Positions 43,085 to 52,376 of a stretch of DNA of 64,000 nucleotides are shown piece after piece. The stretch covers positions 49,444 to 113,443 of the forward strand of contig CALHFG010000018.1 in NCBI GenBank assembly GCA_938029215.1, written 5' to 3'. Made by a program: the position numbers and the translations under genes. The DNA is from an uncultured Acidimicrobiales bacterium (GTDB taxonomy: Bacteria > Actinomycetota > Acidimicrobiia > Acidimicrobiales > SZUA-35). The number at the start of each line of letters is the position of its first letter. Position 1 is the first letter of the stretch. The notes under the pieces are model-generated. The model saw only the letters and a list, made by a program, of their open reading frames with translations, made no database searches and was not told where the DNA came from.

Positions 43085-44167
43085 TCAGGGTGCGGGCTTT
43101 GGCTGGATCTGCACGGCTTCACCATTGAACAGACCAGGGTAACGAACCTGCAAGAACTGCCCGGTTCCGGGATCGGGCACCGAAACGTAGGTCCCGTTGT
43201 GTTCGACCTGAGCGTCGGAGAGGTGGTCTTCGAATTCGTTGACCACAGTCACCGGTACATCAGCGGCTGCGAAGCGATCTCGCCAGACATGCGCCGGTTC
43301 TCGCAGAAGCACCGGCTCCATGAGCTCGAGCATGCGCGGCCAGATGTGCTCGGCTCCATCGGCCTTGATCGATTCCCAGCGGTCGGACAATCCAAGAGCC
43401 TGAAGAACGCCCCGAAGCTGCTTGCCAGACACAGGTACGAGCGTGATCCACCCATCGCCGGTCTGGAGCACGGTGCGTCCGAGGTTCGACTGGGCCGGGA
43501 ACGGGTCTGGATTCTGGCCGGGGACGCGGTGGCCCACGCTGATGTCGGCCCCATAGAAGTAGGCGTTGGCGTCGATCATCGCGACGTCACACACCATGCC
43601 ATCGCCGCCAGAGTTGCTGCGGGCCAGCAGGGCTGCGGTCGCCGTCTGAGCGGCCGTCATTGCGGTCACCTTGTCGGCAACATTGGAGTTCGCGAGGAAT
43701 AGGCCACCATCTCCGCCGGTGGAGAGCATCGCGCCTGTTTCGGCATGAATGACCATGTCGTAGGCGGGATTCTTTGCCTTCGGCCCTGTCTGGCCGTAGC
43801 CCGAGACGCGTACCCAGATGAGCGAGGGAAACTCCGCACGCACGACCTCTTCGGTTAAGCCGAGCGACTCGGCAACGCCGGGTCGCCAGTTGGTAAGGAA
43901 TACGTCGGCGGTAGCGAGCAGACCCTTCAGGCGAGCGAGACCGTCCGGGTCCTTGAGGTCGAGGAAGACGCCATCCTTGTTTTGGTTGACCCCGCGAAAC
44001 AGCAACGACGAGTCGCCGTAGAGCTCGCCCAAGCGGCGGTACGTTTCTCCTCGGGGCGGTTCGACCTTGATCACCTCAGCCCCCAGGTCGGCCAGGATCA
44101 TCGTGGCGAACGGTCCGGCGATGAAGGCCGATGCCTCTACGACGCTGACGCCATCGAGCGGCTTCAT
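43085..44167 (-). CDS. CoA-transferase family III (CaiB/BaiF) protein
   Basis: 360 aa. LDGVSVVEASAFIAGPFATMILADLGAEVIKVEPP. Confidence 0.88.
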   Translation of the reverse strand: MKPLDGVSVVEASAFIAGPFATMILADLGAEVIKVEPPRGETYRRLGELYGDSSLLFRGVNQNKDGVFLDLKDPDGLARLKGLLATADVFLTNWRPGVAESLGLTEEVVRAEFPSLIWVRVSGYGQTGPKAKNPAYDMVIHAETGAMLSTGGDGGLFLANSNVADKVTAMTAAQTATAALLARSNSGGDGMVCDVAMIDANAYFYGADISVGHRVPGQNPDPFPAQSNLGRTVLQTGDGWITLVPVSGKQLRGVLQALGLSDRWESIKADGAEHIWPRMLELMEPVLLREPAHVWRDRFAAADVPVTVVNEFEDHLSDAQVEHNGTYVSVPDPGTGQFLQVRYPGLFNGEAVQIQPKPAP

Positions 44168-45279
44168 GATCGAGGGAGACCAAGGACTCGGTCGCCAATG
44201 ATGTTTCTCATGATGTCGGACGTGCCGCCCATGATCGTGTAGCTAGGCGCATACATCAGGTTGGTGCTGTAGGGATTGTCGAGCATCGCCTCGGCTCCGA
44301 GCACGTTCCCGGCAAACGTGGCGACTCGTTGTTCGTGCTCGGTGCAGAACGCCTTCGTCGCCGCGCTGAAACCCCGGGGGGCCTGCTTCAGAACCTCTCG
44401 GTACACCATCAACCTCCCAACCCAATAGTCGGTTTCAAGCCGAGCCATCTCCTGGCGGATGATGGGGTCCTCGGTGTCCGCTTTCGAAACGGCGTACTCG
44501 TAGACGAGTCGGTTGGAAACAAGACGGTCAATGCCGCCGCGTTCGTGTTCAAGTTGGACCATCGTCTGCTTGAAGGCGTTTCCTTCCACACCAACCAGAT
44601 TTTCGACCGGCACCTTGACGTCGGTAAAGAAGATCTCACAGAAGTGGTTGTTAGAAATGGCGTCACGGATAGGCCGAACTTCGATGCCCGGAAGATCCAT
44701 CGGCACGACCACCTCGCTGATTCCTTTGTGTGGAGGGCCATCGGCGCTGGTTCGGCAGATCAAATAGCAGTAGTCGGCCAGGGCGGCGTAGGAAGTCCAG
44801 ATCTTTTGGCCGTTCACGATGAACTGATCGCCGTCGCGAACCGCCGTCGTCTTGAGCGACGCGAGATCGGATCCACTGTTGGGTTCGCTCATGCCGATGC
44901 ACCATGTGCTCTCGCCCGCCAACATCGGAGGCAGATACTCCGCTTGCTGATCCGGCGTTCCGTAGGTGATAAACGAAGGACCCATTTGCCTATCCGCGAA
45001 CCAGCTTCCACCGATCGGGGCGCCGATCGAAATCATCTCCTCAGCCATAACGACCCGTTCGATCGCTGGTCGGCCGCCACCGCCGAACTCCGACGGCCAC
45101 GTCATTCCAATGAAGCCTTCTTCGGCCAGTCGTTTAGAGAACGCCGGGTTGTGACTGTTCAGCCAACAGTCGTAGTGAACGCCGTGCTCGGCAACTCCCT
45201 CTTGAGCCACGGCCCGGGCCCGCCTTCGCAGAGCATCGAGTTCGGGACCAAACGAAAAATCAAGACCGGACACCTCCAC
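44164..45279 (-). CDS. acyl-CoA dehydrogenase family protein
   Basis: 371 aa. GMSEPNSGSDLASLKTTAVRDGDQFIVNGQKIWTS and GGTSDIMRNIIG. ATGA overlap with the CoA-transferase gene. Confidence 0.9.
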   Translation of the reverse strand: MEVSGLDFSFGPELDALRRRARAVAQEGVAEHGVHYDCWLNSHNPAFSKRLAEEGFIGMTWPSEFGGGGRPAIERVVMAEEMISIGAPIGGSWFADRQMGPSFITYGTPDQQAEYLPPMLAGESTWCIGMSEPNSGSDLASLKTTAVRDGDQFIVNGQKIWTSYAALADYCYLICRTSADGPPHKGISEVVVPMDLPGIEVRPIRDAISNNHFCEIFFTDVKVPVENLVGVEGNAFKQTMVQLEHERGGIDRLVSNRLVYEYAVSKADTEDPIIRQEMARLETDYWVGRLMVYREVLKQAPRGFSAATKAFCTEHEQRVATFAGNVLGAEAMLDNPYSTNLMYAPSYTIMGGTSDIMRNIIGDRVLGLPRS

Positions 45280-45330
45280 AAACTACCTGCGCGTACCCGC
45301 AGTGCCCGAATCGACCGCCAGCAGTCGGGA

Positions 45331-46068
45331 CTAGATGCCAGCCGGCATCGTGATAGCGATGACAATGACCGTTCCGAGCACCATGAACGGCCCGAAGGGG
45401 ATCTCCGCTTTGCGGCTTCGCTGTAACACCAGACCGATCACGCCACCGGACAGTAAACCGATGATCACCGCCACGAGCATTCGTTGAATGGCCATGAGTG
45501 GGTCATCGAACATCCATCCGATCGCCAAACCCAGGGTGGGAGCAAGCTTCACGTCGCCGAACCCCATTCCTGCGGGATAGATGCGGTACACCACCAAGAA
45601 GAACAGGTAGTAGAGACCGCCAGCCCACAATGCAGGAGCGATTCCGGCAGAGAAATCGTTCGGCGGGCTCATGACCAAAATGGCGAACAGCAACAAGCCG
45701 AGCGTCGGAAACGTCAAGACGTTCACCAGCAGCTTGGTTTCCAGGTCGATGACGCTCATGGCTACCAGAGCGGCGAACAGGAGTAGGTAGGGCCAGAGTT
45801 GCCAGGACAACCCAAAGCGAAAACCAGCCACGGCAAAGGTGGAGGCGGTCAGCAGGTCGGTGGCGATATAGCGCCAATGGCGATGCTGTTGTGTACAGGT
45901 GCTCGACCAGTTCAGAACCGGAACGAGGGATCGAGAACCCATTGACTCCCCACACGTGGGGCACCGATGGTCAGCCTTCAGCGGTTCTCGTTCCACCGCT
46001 CGATCCACTACAACGCCAACGGCTGGCCCGAGAATCAGGCCAGCCAGAAAGCACACGAATGCGATCAA
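45331..46068 (-). CDS. A24 family prepilin (type IV leader) peptidase
   Basis: 245 aa. N-terminal CPTCG, multi-TM, GMGFGDVKLAPTLG. Confidence 0.85.
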   Translation of the reverse strand: MIAFVCFLAGLILGPAVGVVVDRAVEREPLKADHRCPTCGESMGSRSLVPVLNWSSTCTQQHRHWRYIATDLLTASTFAVAGFRFGLSWQLWPYLLLFAALVAMSVIDLETKLLVNVLTFPTLGLLLFAILVMSPPNDFSAGIAPALWAGGLYYLFFLVVYRIYPAGMGFGDVKLAPTLGLAIGWMFDDPLMAIQRMLVAVIIGLLSGGVIGLVLQRSRKAEIPFGPFMVLGTVIVIAITMPAGI

Positions 46069-46077
46069 TGGGATCGA

Positions 46078-47058
46078 CTAACTGTCGCTCTGGAGATACT
46101 TCATGAGAAGGCTGGCTTCGTCGTCGGCCGCGGCTGACCCATCGGCGTTCACCGACGCTGCTTCACTATCGCCGCCGAGCAAGCTGGCGGGTGGAGGCGG
46201 AGGCATCGGCGGGGTCGCGCTGAGGGTCGAGACGTCGTCGACCGACTCGGAGAATCGGCGAATCTCGTCCGGAGATGGCGGTGCAGGAGGAGGCGTCGGG
46301 GGGATGGCGTCGACCACGGGATTCGTCGCTGGAGCTTCCGGTACATCGGGGATTTCCGGGATATAGGACTCGGTGGTCGTCACCGGCAATGGCACAACGT
46401 TCGAGGCATTTTCTGAAACGAAGGCTGCAACATCGGACTCGGCTGGCGGAGCGTCAACTACAGCTTCCTCGGCGAGCGCCGTGTCGGCTTCGAAACTTAC
46501 TGCGTGGGCTGATGCGGGCTCGTCGATAGACACCAGGCCGCGTTCGACCACGCTCTTGATTCGACGGCAACCTTTTAGTTCGCCAACGTTCAGGGTTGTG
46601 TAGGTCTGCGAAACCGAGCGGCCTTCGCCGATCGCAATAATGGTTTCCCATTCACCGCTGGTCAGCATGACCTGTTCGATCGGAAGTTTGGCGACCGGAG
46701 ACAAGATGTGTTCGGGGCTGGGAATGACGGCCTCGATCGAGTTCCATTCCACGAGGAGCTCGCGGCCCCGCTCTACCAATGGTTCGATATCGGTCGATTC
46801 GCTGGGCGAAGGAGCAAGATCGTCAGCTACGAACGAGAAGTTTCCGCTCTCGAAGCGAAGCAACTCAAACATGACGTCTTCCCAGTCACCGCCGGCGACG
46901 ACGTTGGAAGCTTCAGCCTGCACGAGCAGACCTTCGTCCACCCACAGCGAGCCGGTGCCACGATCGCCACTAATGCGAAGGTGGCCCGTCTTCATCGTGC
47001 CAGCCAATAGATTCAACACTTCGTCGAGCGTGAAGTTGTCGAGAGATCCCTGGAGCAT
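46078..47058 (-). CDS. DUF4388 (PATAN-like) domain protein with a Pro/acidic disordered tail
   Basis: 326 aa. MLQGSLDNFTLDEVLNLLAGTMKTGHLRI...GSLWVDEGLLV is the DUF4388 N-terminus. The C-terminal ~150 aa are Pro/Ala/Asp/Glu-rich. Confidence 0.7.
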   Translation of the reverse strand: MLQGSLDNFTLDEVLNLLAGTMKTGHLRISGDRGTGSLWVDEGLLVQAEASNVVAGGDWEDVMFELLRFESGNFSFVADDLAPSPSESTDIEPLVERGRELLVEWNSIEAVIPSPEHILSPVAKLPIEQVMLTSGEWETIIAIGEGRSVSQTYTTLNVGELKGCRRIKSVVERGLVSIDEPASAHAVSFEADTALAEEAVVDAPPAESDVAAFVSENASNVVPLPVTTTESYIPEIPDVPEAPATNPVVDAIPPTPPPAPPSPDEIRRFSESVDDVSTLSATPPMPPPPPASLLGGDSEAASVNADGSAAADDEASLLMKYLQSDS

Positions 47059-47062
47059 TTCC

Positions 47063-47905
47063 TTACTTTCCGTTTAGAACTGCCTGTCGCATCACCGTGG
47101 TTGGCGCCGGTAACCCGGTCCAATGGGAGAATTGACGTGCTGCTTGGTGTACGAGCATCCCAACGCCTCCGATCGCGATGGCTCCTCGTTGGCGTGCTGT
47201 AGCCAAAAGGGGAGTTTCCCGCGGTTCGTAGACGATGTCGTGCACGATCAGATGTTGGTCTATCAGATCGGCAGGAAGTGGGATCTCGTGAGGATTCGGG
47301 CCGCCGGACATGCCAATGGGGGTCGCATTTATGAGGATGCTGGAGTCCGAGACCTGTTCGATTGGACCCGAGAATGCCTGTTCAGCGATCTCTGCTGCCG
47401 TCTCAGCAGTCTTCTCGGACCGACTCCAAACATGGATACCTTCCGCCCCTGATCTTCCCAGAGCTTCGATGATGGCGCGGGCGGCGCCACCACCCCCGAG
47501 GACCGTGAGGCGGCGCCCCGCTACCGAAACTCCCGACTCCTCTTCAAATGATGCAATGAATCCATCGCCATCGGTGTTGTCTCCATGGAGGGCGTCGCCA
47601 TCCCAGTACACACAGTTACAAGCGCCTAGCGCCTGGACCGAACGACTGGGCACATCCACGGCTTGAGCGACCTCGGCTTTGTGCGGCATCGTGACCGACA
47701 GACCGCCGATGTCGAGGGTTCGCATGGCTTCAACCGCCTGAGCACCACGGCCCGGCGCTACTTCCAGCGCAACATAGGTCCAGTCTGCTCCACTGTGGGC
47801 GAACGCTGCATTGTGAATCGCGGGCGACAACGAATGCCGGACCGGTGAACCGATGACCGCGGCGAGCCGGGTAGCCCCGGTGGGCGCCGCCGGGCGGTTA
47901 GCCAC
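47063..47905 (-). CDS. aroE: shikimate dehydrogenase
   Basis: VIGSPVRHSLSPAIHNAAF, SVTMPHK, NTDGDGF, VLGGGGAARA. Start trimmed to GTG 47905 (8-nt overlap with the mltG stop). Confidence 0.88.
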   Translation of the reverse strand: MANRPAAPTGATRLAAVIGSPVRHSLSPAIHNAAFAHSGADWTYVALEVAPGRGAQAVEAMRTLDIGGLSVTMPHKAEVAQAVDVPSRSVQALGACNCVYWDGDALHGDNTDGDGFIASFEEESGVSVAGRRLTVLGGGGAARAIIEALGRSGAEGIHVWSRSEKTAETAAEIAEQAFSGPIEQVSDSSILINATPIGMSGGPNPHEIPLPADLIDQHLIVHDIVYEPRETPLLATARQRGAIAIGGVGMLVHQAARQFSHWTGLPAPTTVMRQAVLNGK

Positions 47906-49112
47906 AACCCAAGCCGAGGTCTGCACAGATCTGCTTGGCCGCGGCGAATTCCTCGGCCGTTTCCACAAACGTGTGCCGCCCGGCGGGGTCGGTCAGTACG
48001 TAGTAGAAGAACGGGGTGTCGGCAGGATTGATTGCCGCCTCTAGCGATGCCTGCCCCGGGGAGTTGATCGGGGTAGGCGGCAGGAAGTTGTTCTGGCGAC
48101 AGTTGTAGGGCCCCGGTTCATCGAGCATGGATCGGGTGAGCTCGGTGGTTCGGCTTCCCTCTTCGTTAAGGCCCTGCGCGAACACGCAGGTTGCATCGAT
48201 GCCAAGAGTCCACTGCTCCCGCAGTCGGTTGTAGATCACCGATGCGACCATCGGCCGTTCATCATCGACCCGAGTCTCGGCCTCGATGAGCGAGGCAACG
48301 ATCAAGACCTCATAGGCCGAGTAGCCGAGTTGGGTTTCGGCAGCGCCGTAACCGAGTGAACCGGTCACGCGCGAGAACTCGTCGCTCATCTTGAGCAGAA
48401 CTTCTTCGGCGGTGGCGCCCTTGTTCACCTCGTAGGTGTTGGGGAACAGCAGGCCTTCCCAGGAAGCTTCGGAACCGGGGCGATATCGGGGGTCGATGGC
48501 ACCGGAGTCGAGGGCGGCCTGTAGCTGAGCTTCGCTAATGCCGGTGAGCTGACCTGCGATCGAGGAGAGGATTTCGCTGGTCCACAGCCCCTCTCTCACA
48601 ATGAACGAGTCGACCTCTGGCGGCTTGGGGCCCGCATCCAGAATGGCGAAGGCCTCGTCGGCCGACGAGTTCTCATAGAAGGTGTACTCGCCGGCTTGGA
48701 AGTTGCCCTTCTCCTTCCATTCGGCGTAGTAGCGGAAGAACGTGCTGTTGGGGATCACGTTGTTGTTAGCCAGCTGGACGCCAATATCGGAGGTCGTGGC
48801 TCCGCGAGGAATGACCAGGTCGACTGCGTCGCCGGGTTCACCGACTGGATCGAGCTGACGATCGAACCAGGCTCGGCCTTCTCTGATGGCCGTGTAGCCG
48901 CCGAAAAAGATCACCGCTGCCGCGAGAAATCCGCCGATCAGTCGCCATCCGCTCCACCGAACTCGAACGAACTCATCCTCGTCGTCCCAGCTCAGTTGTT
49001 CGGGCGGCTCGGTCGGAGGAATCTGTGTCGGTGCCGTCACGCCCGACAGCGTACTCAACCCCAACCGCTCACCGGTGTCATGAGCCCCGCCGCGCTCCCA
49101 ACGATGCACCAA
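47898..49112 (-). CDS. mltG: endolytic murein transglycosylase MltG (YceG-like)
   Basis: 404 aa. N-terminal TM, LIVASLIEAE and YNCRQNNFLPPTPINSPG. Confidence 0.9.
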   Translation of the reverse strand: MVHRWERGGAHDTGERLGLSTLSGVTAPTQIPPTEPPEQLSWDDEDEFVRVRWSGWRLIGGFLAAAVIFFGGYTAIREGRAWFDRQLDPVGEPGDAVDLVIPRGATTSDIGVQLANNNVIPNSTFFRYYAEWKEKGNFQAGEYTFYENSSADEAFAILDAGPKPPEVDSFIVREGLWTSEILSSIAGQLTGISEAQLQAALDSGAIDPRYRPGSEASWEGLLFPNTYEVNKGATAEEVLLKMSDEFSRVTGSLGYGAAETQLGYSAYEVLIVASLIEAETRVDDERPMVASVIYNRLREQWTLGIDATCVFAQGLNEEGSRTTELTRSMLDEPGPYNCRQNNFLPPTPINSPGQASLEAAINPADTPFFYYVLTDPAGRHTFVETAEEFAAAKQICADLGLGCG

Positions 49113-49173
49113 CCAAGCGCAACACCCGGTGACGGGTCTCCCTGTGCCACCAGCCGTCCTTAGAACCTTGCCT

Positions 49174-49620
49174 TCATTGCTCGTCGTTATCGAGCCAGGT
49201 TTGAAGGATCACGGCGGCCGCGATCTGGTCGACCAGCTGCTTTCGTTTCTTACCCTTGATGCCCATCTCGGTGAGCCGTCTCTCGGCCGTAACCGTTGTG
49301 AGCCGTTCATCCTGTCGGTGCAGCTCACAGGCTTCAGGCAGTAACTTCTCAAAAACCACTATCTCATCGAGAATTGCCTGAGCTGAATCGCTGACACCGC
49401 CGTCTCGCAGCGCGTACGGAACGCCAAACACGACAAAGGCGGCTTCGGATTCCTCGATGAGCGCCAGCAGTCGCCGATGGTCGGCGTCCATGTTGCCGCT
49501 GCGCTCCACCGTTTCGTACGGGGTCGCAAGTGTTCCGTTGCTGTCACACAACGCAACACCGATCCGTTTGGAACCGAGATCCACACCGAGGCCTCGACCG
49601 GAGAAGCGGTCTGCCATCAA
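49174..49620 (-). CDS. ruvX: Holliday junction resolvase-like RuvX (YqgF)
   Basis: 148 aa. GLGVDLGSKRIGVALCD...LTTVTAER. ATGA-type overlap with the alaS stop. Confidence 0.9.
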   Translation of the reverse strand: MMADRFSGRGLGVDLGSKRIGVALCDSNGTLATPYETVERSGNMDADHRRLLALIEESEAAFVVFGVPYALRDGGVSDSAQAILDEIVVFEKLLPEACELHRQDERLTTVTAERRLTEMGIKGKKRKQLVDQIAAAVILQTWLDNDEQ

Positions 49621-52217
49621 ACTTGAGCGAGTACGCCCCGGGCCACCTCGAGGGCCGAGTCCAAGCCATCGGCATTCTTGCCACCGGCCATCGCGAAGTC
49701 TTTGCCTTTTCCGCCGCCGCCCTGGATCTCTTTGGCTGCCGGAGCCACGAGCGCACCGGCTTCGATCCCTGCCTCGGTGGTCACAGCCGAGACCACCGCT
49801 GCGCCGCCGCCGGCGGGAGCGCCGGCGAGGACGACGACGTTGATTCCTGGCTGATCGCGGACTGCGATTGCAAGATCCTTCAAATCGTTTCGCTCGATCC
49901 CATCCACACGAGCAAATACTGCGCCGTCTTCCGCCGACGCGGCCAGCTCTACCGAACGGCCGCTCGCAAGCTGGCTGCGAAGTTGGGCGATCTCTGCGTC
50001 CTTTTCCTTTGACTCCGCAAGTCGTTTGCGTATGCCGTCAGCCAGGGAACCGACGGGGACATTCAGCAGCGATGCTGCTTCGCTGATCGTGCTTTGCTCC
50101 TGACGAATCAAACGGATGGTCTCGTCGCCCGCGACGGCTTCGATCCGACGCACCCCGGACGCCACCGATCCCTCGGAGACAATCTTGACCGGGCCGATGT
50201 CGCCGAGCGCATGCACGTGGGTGCCACCGCAGAACTCAATCGACGGGCCCGCGCTCAAGACTCGAACACGATCACCGTATTTGTCGCCAAAAAACGCCAC
50301 GGCTCCCATTCGCTCGGCTTCATCCTTGGACATCTCTGCGTGAGGTGCGGCCGGGTTCTTGAGAATCTCGGCGTTGGCGAGATCTTCGATCCGTTGAATT
50401 TGGTCGGCGGTCAGGCCCTCGTGGTGAGAGAAGTCAAACCGCAGACGATCCGGGGCGACCAACGAACCCTGCTGCTTGGCGCTGTCGCCCAACACCTCAC
50501 GCAGTGCCCAGTGCAGCATGTGGGTCGCGGTGTGATGACGACGAATGCGATCGCGACGGTCCACATCGATACTGGCAACAACTTGATCGCCAGCTGCGAA
50601 TTCTCCAACGGTGATCTCTACCACGTGGCGATGGATGCCAGGAACCGCATATACGGTGTCGAGCACGTTTGCCTGAGCGACCACATCACCGGCTTCGTCG
50701 TGCAGCGTGATTACGCCAGTATCACCAATTTGACCACCGGCCTCGGCATAGAACGGGCTCTGGGTAAGAAAGATGCTGAGCGGCTCGTCGCCGCCGCCCG
50801 TCACGGCCAGAACTTCGGTATGTACGTCGGTGGTGTGTTCACGACCCACAAAGTTTGTGAGGGCTCCGTTCTCGACCAACTGGGCCACGGCATCGGCATC
50901 GGACGCGATAACCACACCTTTGCGGGCCGCTTTTGCCCGGTCTCGCTGCTGGGCCATCTCGACATCGAAGCCCGCCATGTCGACGCCGAAGCCACGCTCG
51001 GCGGCAACCTCGGCCGTCACTTCCTTTGGGAAACCGTAGGTGTCGTGCAGGAGGAAGATGGCCGACCCGGGGACGTCGGACCCCGGCGTGAGATCTGCCA
51101 GTTCCTCGTCCAGAATCTTCAAACCATTCGCGAGCCGACGACGGAAGGCGGTCTCTTCCCGCTCAACGGTTGTCCGAATTAGCTCGTGGTTCTTCACGAC
51201 CTCGGGATAGTCGGGGCCCATGATCTCGATAACGCTGTCGATCAGCGTGGGCATCACAAGGTCAGAAACGCCAAGCAGGTAGGCGAAGCGAATCGCGCGG
51301 CGCATGATGCGGCGAAGTACGTAGCCGCGATCCTCGTTGCTGGGAAATACACCGTCGGAGATGAGGAAGGTGGTGGTGCGGGCATGCTCGGCGAGTACCC
51401 GCAAGGCGAGATCGCCATTGTCATCGGCTCCGAGGGCGTATCCGGTGGCATTGGACGCAGCCTGAACCAGCCGAGCCATCTCGTCGATTTCGAAGACAGT
51501 GTCCTTGCCTTGCAAAACACTCAAGATTCGCTCGAGTCCAGCCCCGGTATCGATGCTGGGCTTGGGCAACGGCTTCGATTCGCCGTACTCGTCGGTTTCG
51601 AACTGCATGAAGACGAGATTCCAGATCTCGATGAAGCGGTCTTCGGCATCGGGGTTTTCCGGACCGCCATCGGGACCGTATTGGGGCCCCTTATCCCAGA
51701 AGATCTCTGAACACGGACCGTTGGGGCCTGTGTCGGCCATACGCCACCAATTGTCCTCGTCCAGGCGCTGGATTCGCTCCCGAGGAACTCCCACCTGTTC
51801 ATGCCAAATGTCAGCGGCCTCGTCGTCGCTGAGGTGCACCGTGATCCACAGCCGATCTGGATCCAGTCCTAGTTCTTCGGTTACGAACTTCCAGGCGTTC
51901 GGAATGGCGGTTTCCTTGAAATAGTCGCCGAAGCTGAAGTTTCCCATCATCTCAAAGAAGGTGAGATGACGAGTGGTGCGCCCTACTTCGTCGAGGTCGT
52001 TGTGCTTACCGCCGGCCCGCACGCACTTTTGGATTGAGACCGCACGTTGGGATGGCGGTTTCTCGTCGCCAACAAAGTACGACTTGAACGGCACCATGCC
52101 GGAGTTGGTGAACAACAGGGTCGCGTCGTGCGGGATCAGGCTCGCCGAAGGAATCGGTTGGTGGTCCCGTTCCACAAAGAAGTCGGTAAACGCCTTGCGC
52201 AGTTCTGCAGCTTTCAC
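49617..52217 (-). CDS. alaS: alanine--tRNA ligase
   Basis: FTNSGMVPFK, QKCVRAGGKHNDLDEVG, HHTATHMLH, C-terminal DHHA1. Start trimmed to GTG 52217 (VKAAELRKAFTDFF). ATG 52241 or GTG 52235 remain possible. Confidence 0.95.
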   Translation of the reverse strand: MKAAELRKAFTDFFVERDHQPIPSASLIPHDATLLFTNSGMVPFKSYFVGDEKPPSQRAVSIQKCVRAGGKHNDLDEVGRTTRHLTFFEMMGNFSFGDYFKETAIPNAWKFVTEELGLDPDRLWITVHLSDDEAADIWHEQVGVPRERIQRLDEDNWWRMADTGPNGPCSEIFWDKGPQYGPDGGPENPDAEDRFIEIWNLVFMQFETDEYGESKPLPKPSIDTGAGLERILSVLQGKDTVFEIDEMARLVQAASNATGYALGADDNGDLALRVLAEHARTTTFLISDGVFPSNEDRGYVLRRIMRRAIRFAYLLGVSDLVMPTLIDSVIEIMGPDYPEVVKNHELIRTTVEREETAFRRRLANGLKILDEELADLTPGSDVPGSAIFLLHDTYGFPKEVTAEVAAERGFGVDMAGFDVEMAQQRDRAKAARKGVVIASDADAVAQLVENGALTNFVGREHTTDVHTEVLAVTGGGDEPLSIFLTQSPFYAEAGGQIGDTGVITLHDEAGDVVAQANVLDTVYAVPGIHRHVVEITVGEFAAGDQVVASIDVDRRDRIRRHHTATHMLHWALREVLGDSAKQQGSLVAPDRLRFDFSHHEGLTADQIQRIEDLANAEILKNPAAPHAEMSKDEAERMGAVAFFGDKYGDRVRVLSAGPSIEFCGGTHVHALGDIGPVKIVSEGSVASGVRRIEAVAGDETIRLIRQEQSTISEAASLLNVPVGSLADGIRKRLAESKEKDAEIAQLRSQLASGRSVELAASAEDGAVFARVDGIERNDLKDLAIAVRDQPGINVVVLAGAPAGGGAAVVSAVTTEAGIEAGALVAPAAKEIQGGGGKGKDFAMAGGKNADGLDSALEVARGVLAQV

Positions 52218-52376
52218 CCCACCATTATCGCCCACCCACATCCCTTTCAACCCCCAATTCCCTGCTGAGGTTTCACACCGGGCCGGCGCTGGGCCGATCC
52301 GACTCCATGGAGCGGTCCAGGCTCGGGCCAACGAGCGGTCGTGATCTCGGCGACCCGCTGCACATAGACTGTCCCC

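Noticed and set aside
44329-45426. 365-aa plus-strand ORF
   Set aside because: It is antisense to the acyl-CoA dehydrogenase gene. Shadow ORF.
50094-51182. 362-aa plus-strand ORF
   Set aside because: It is antisense to alaS. Shadow ORF.
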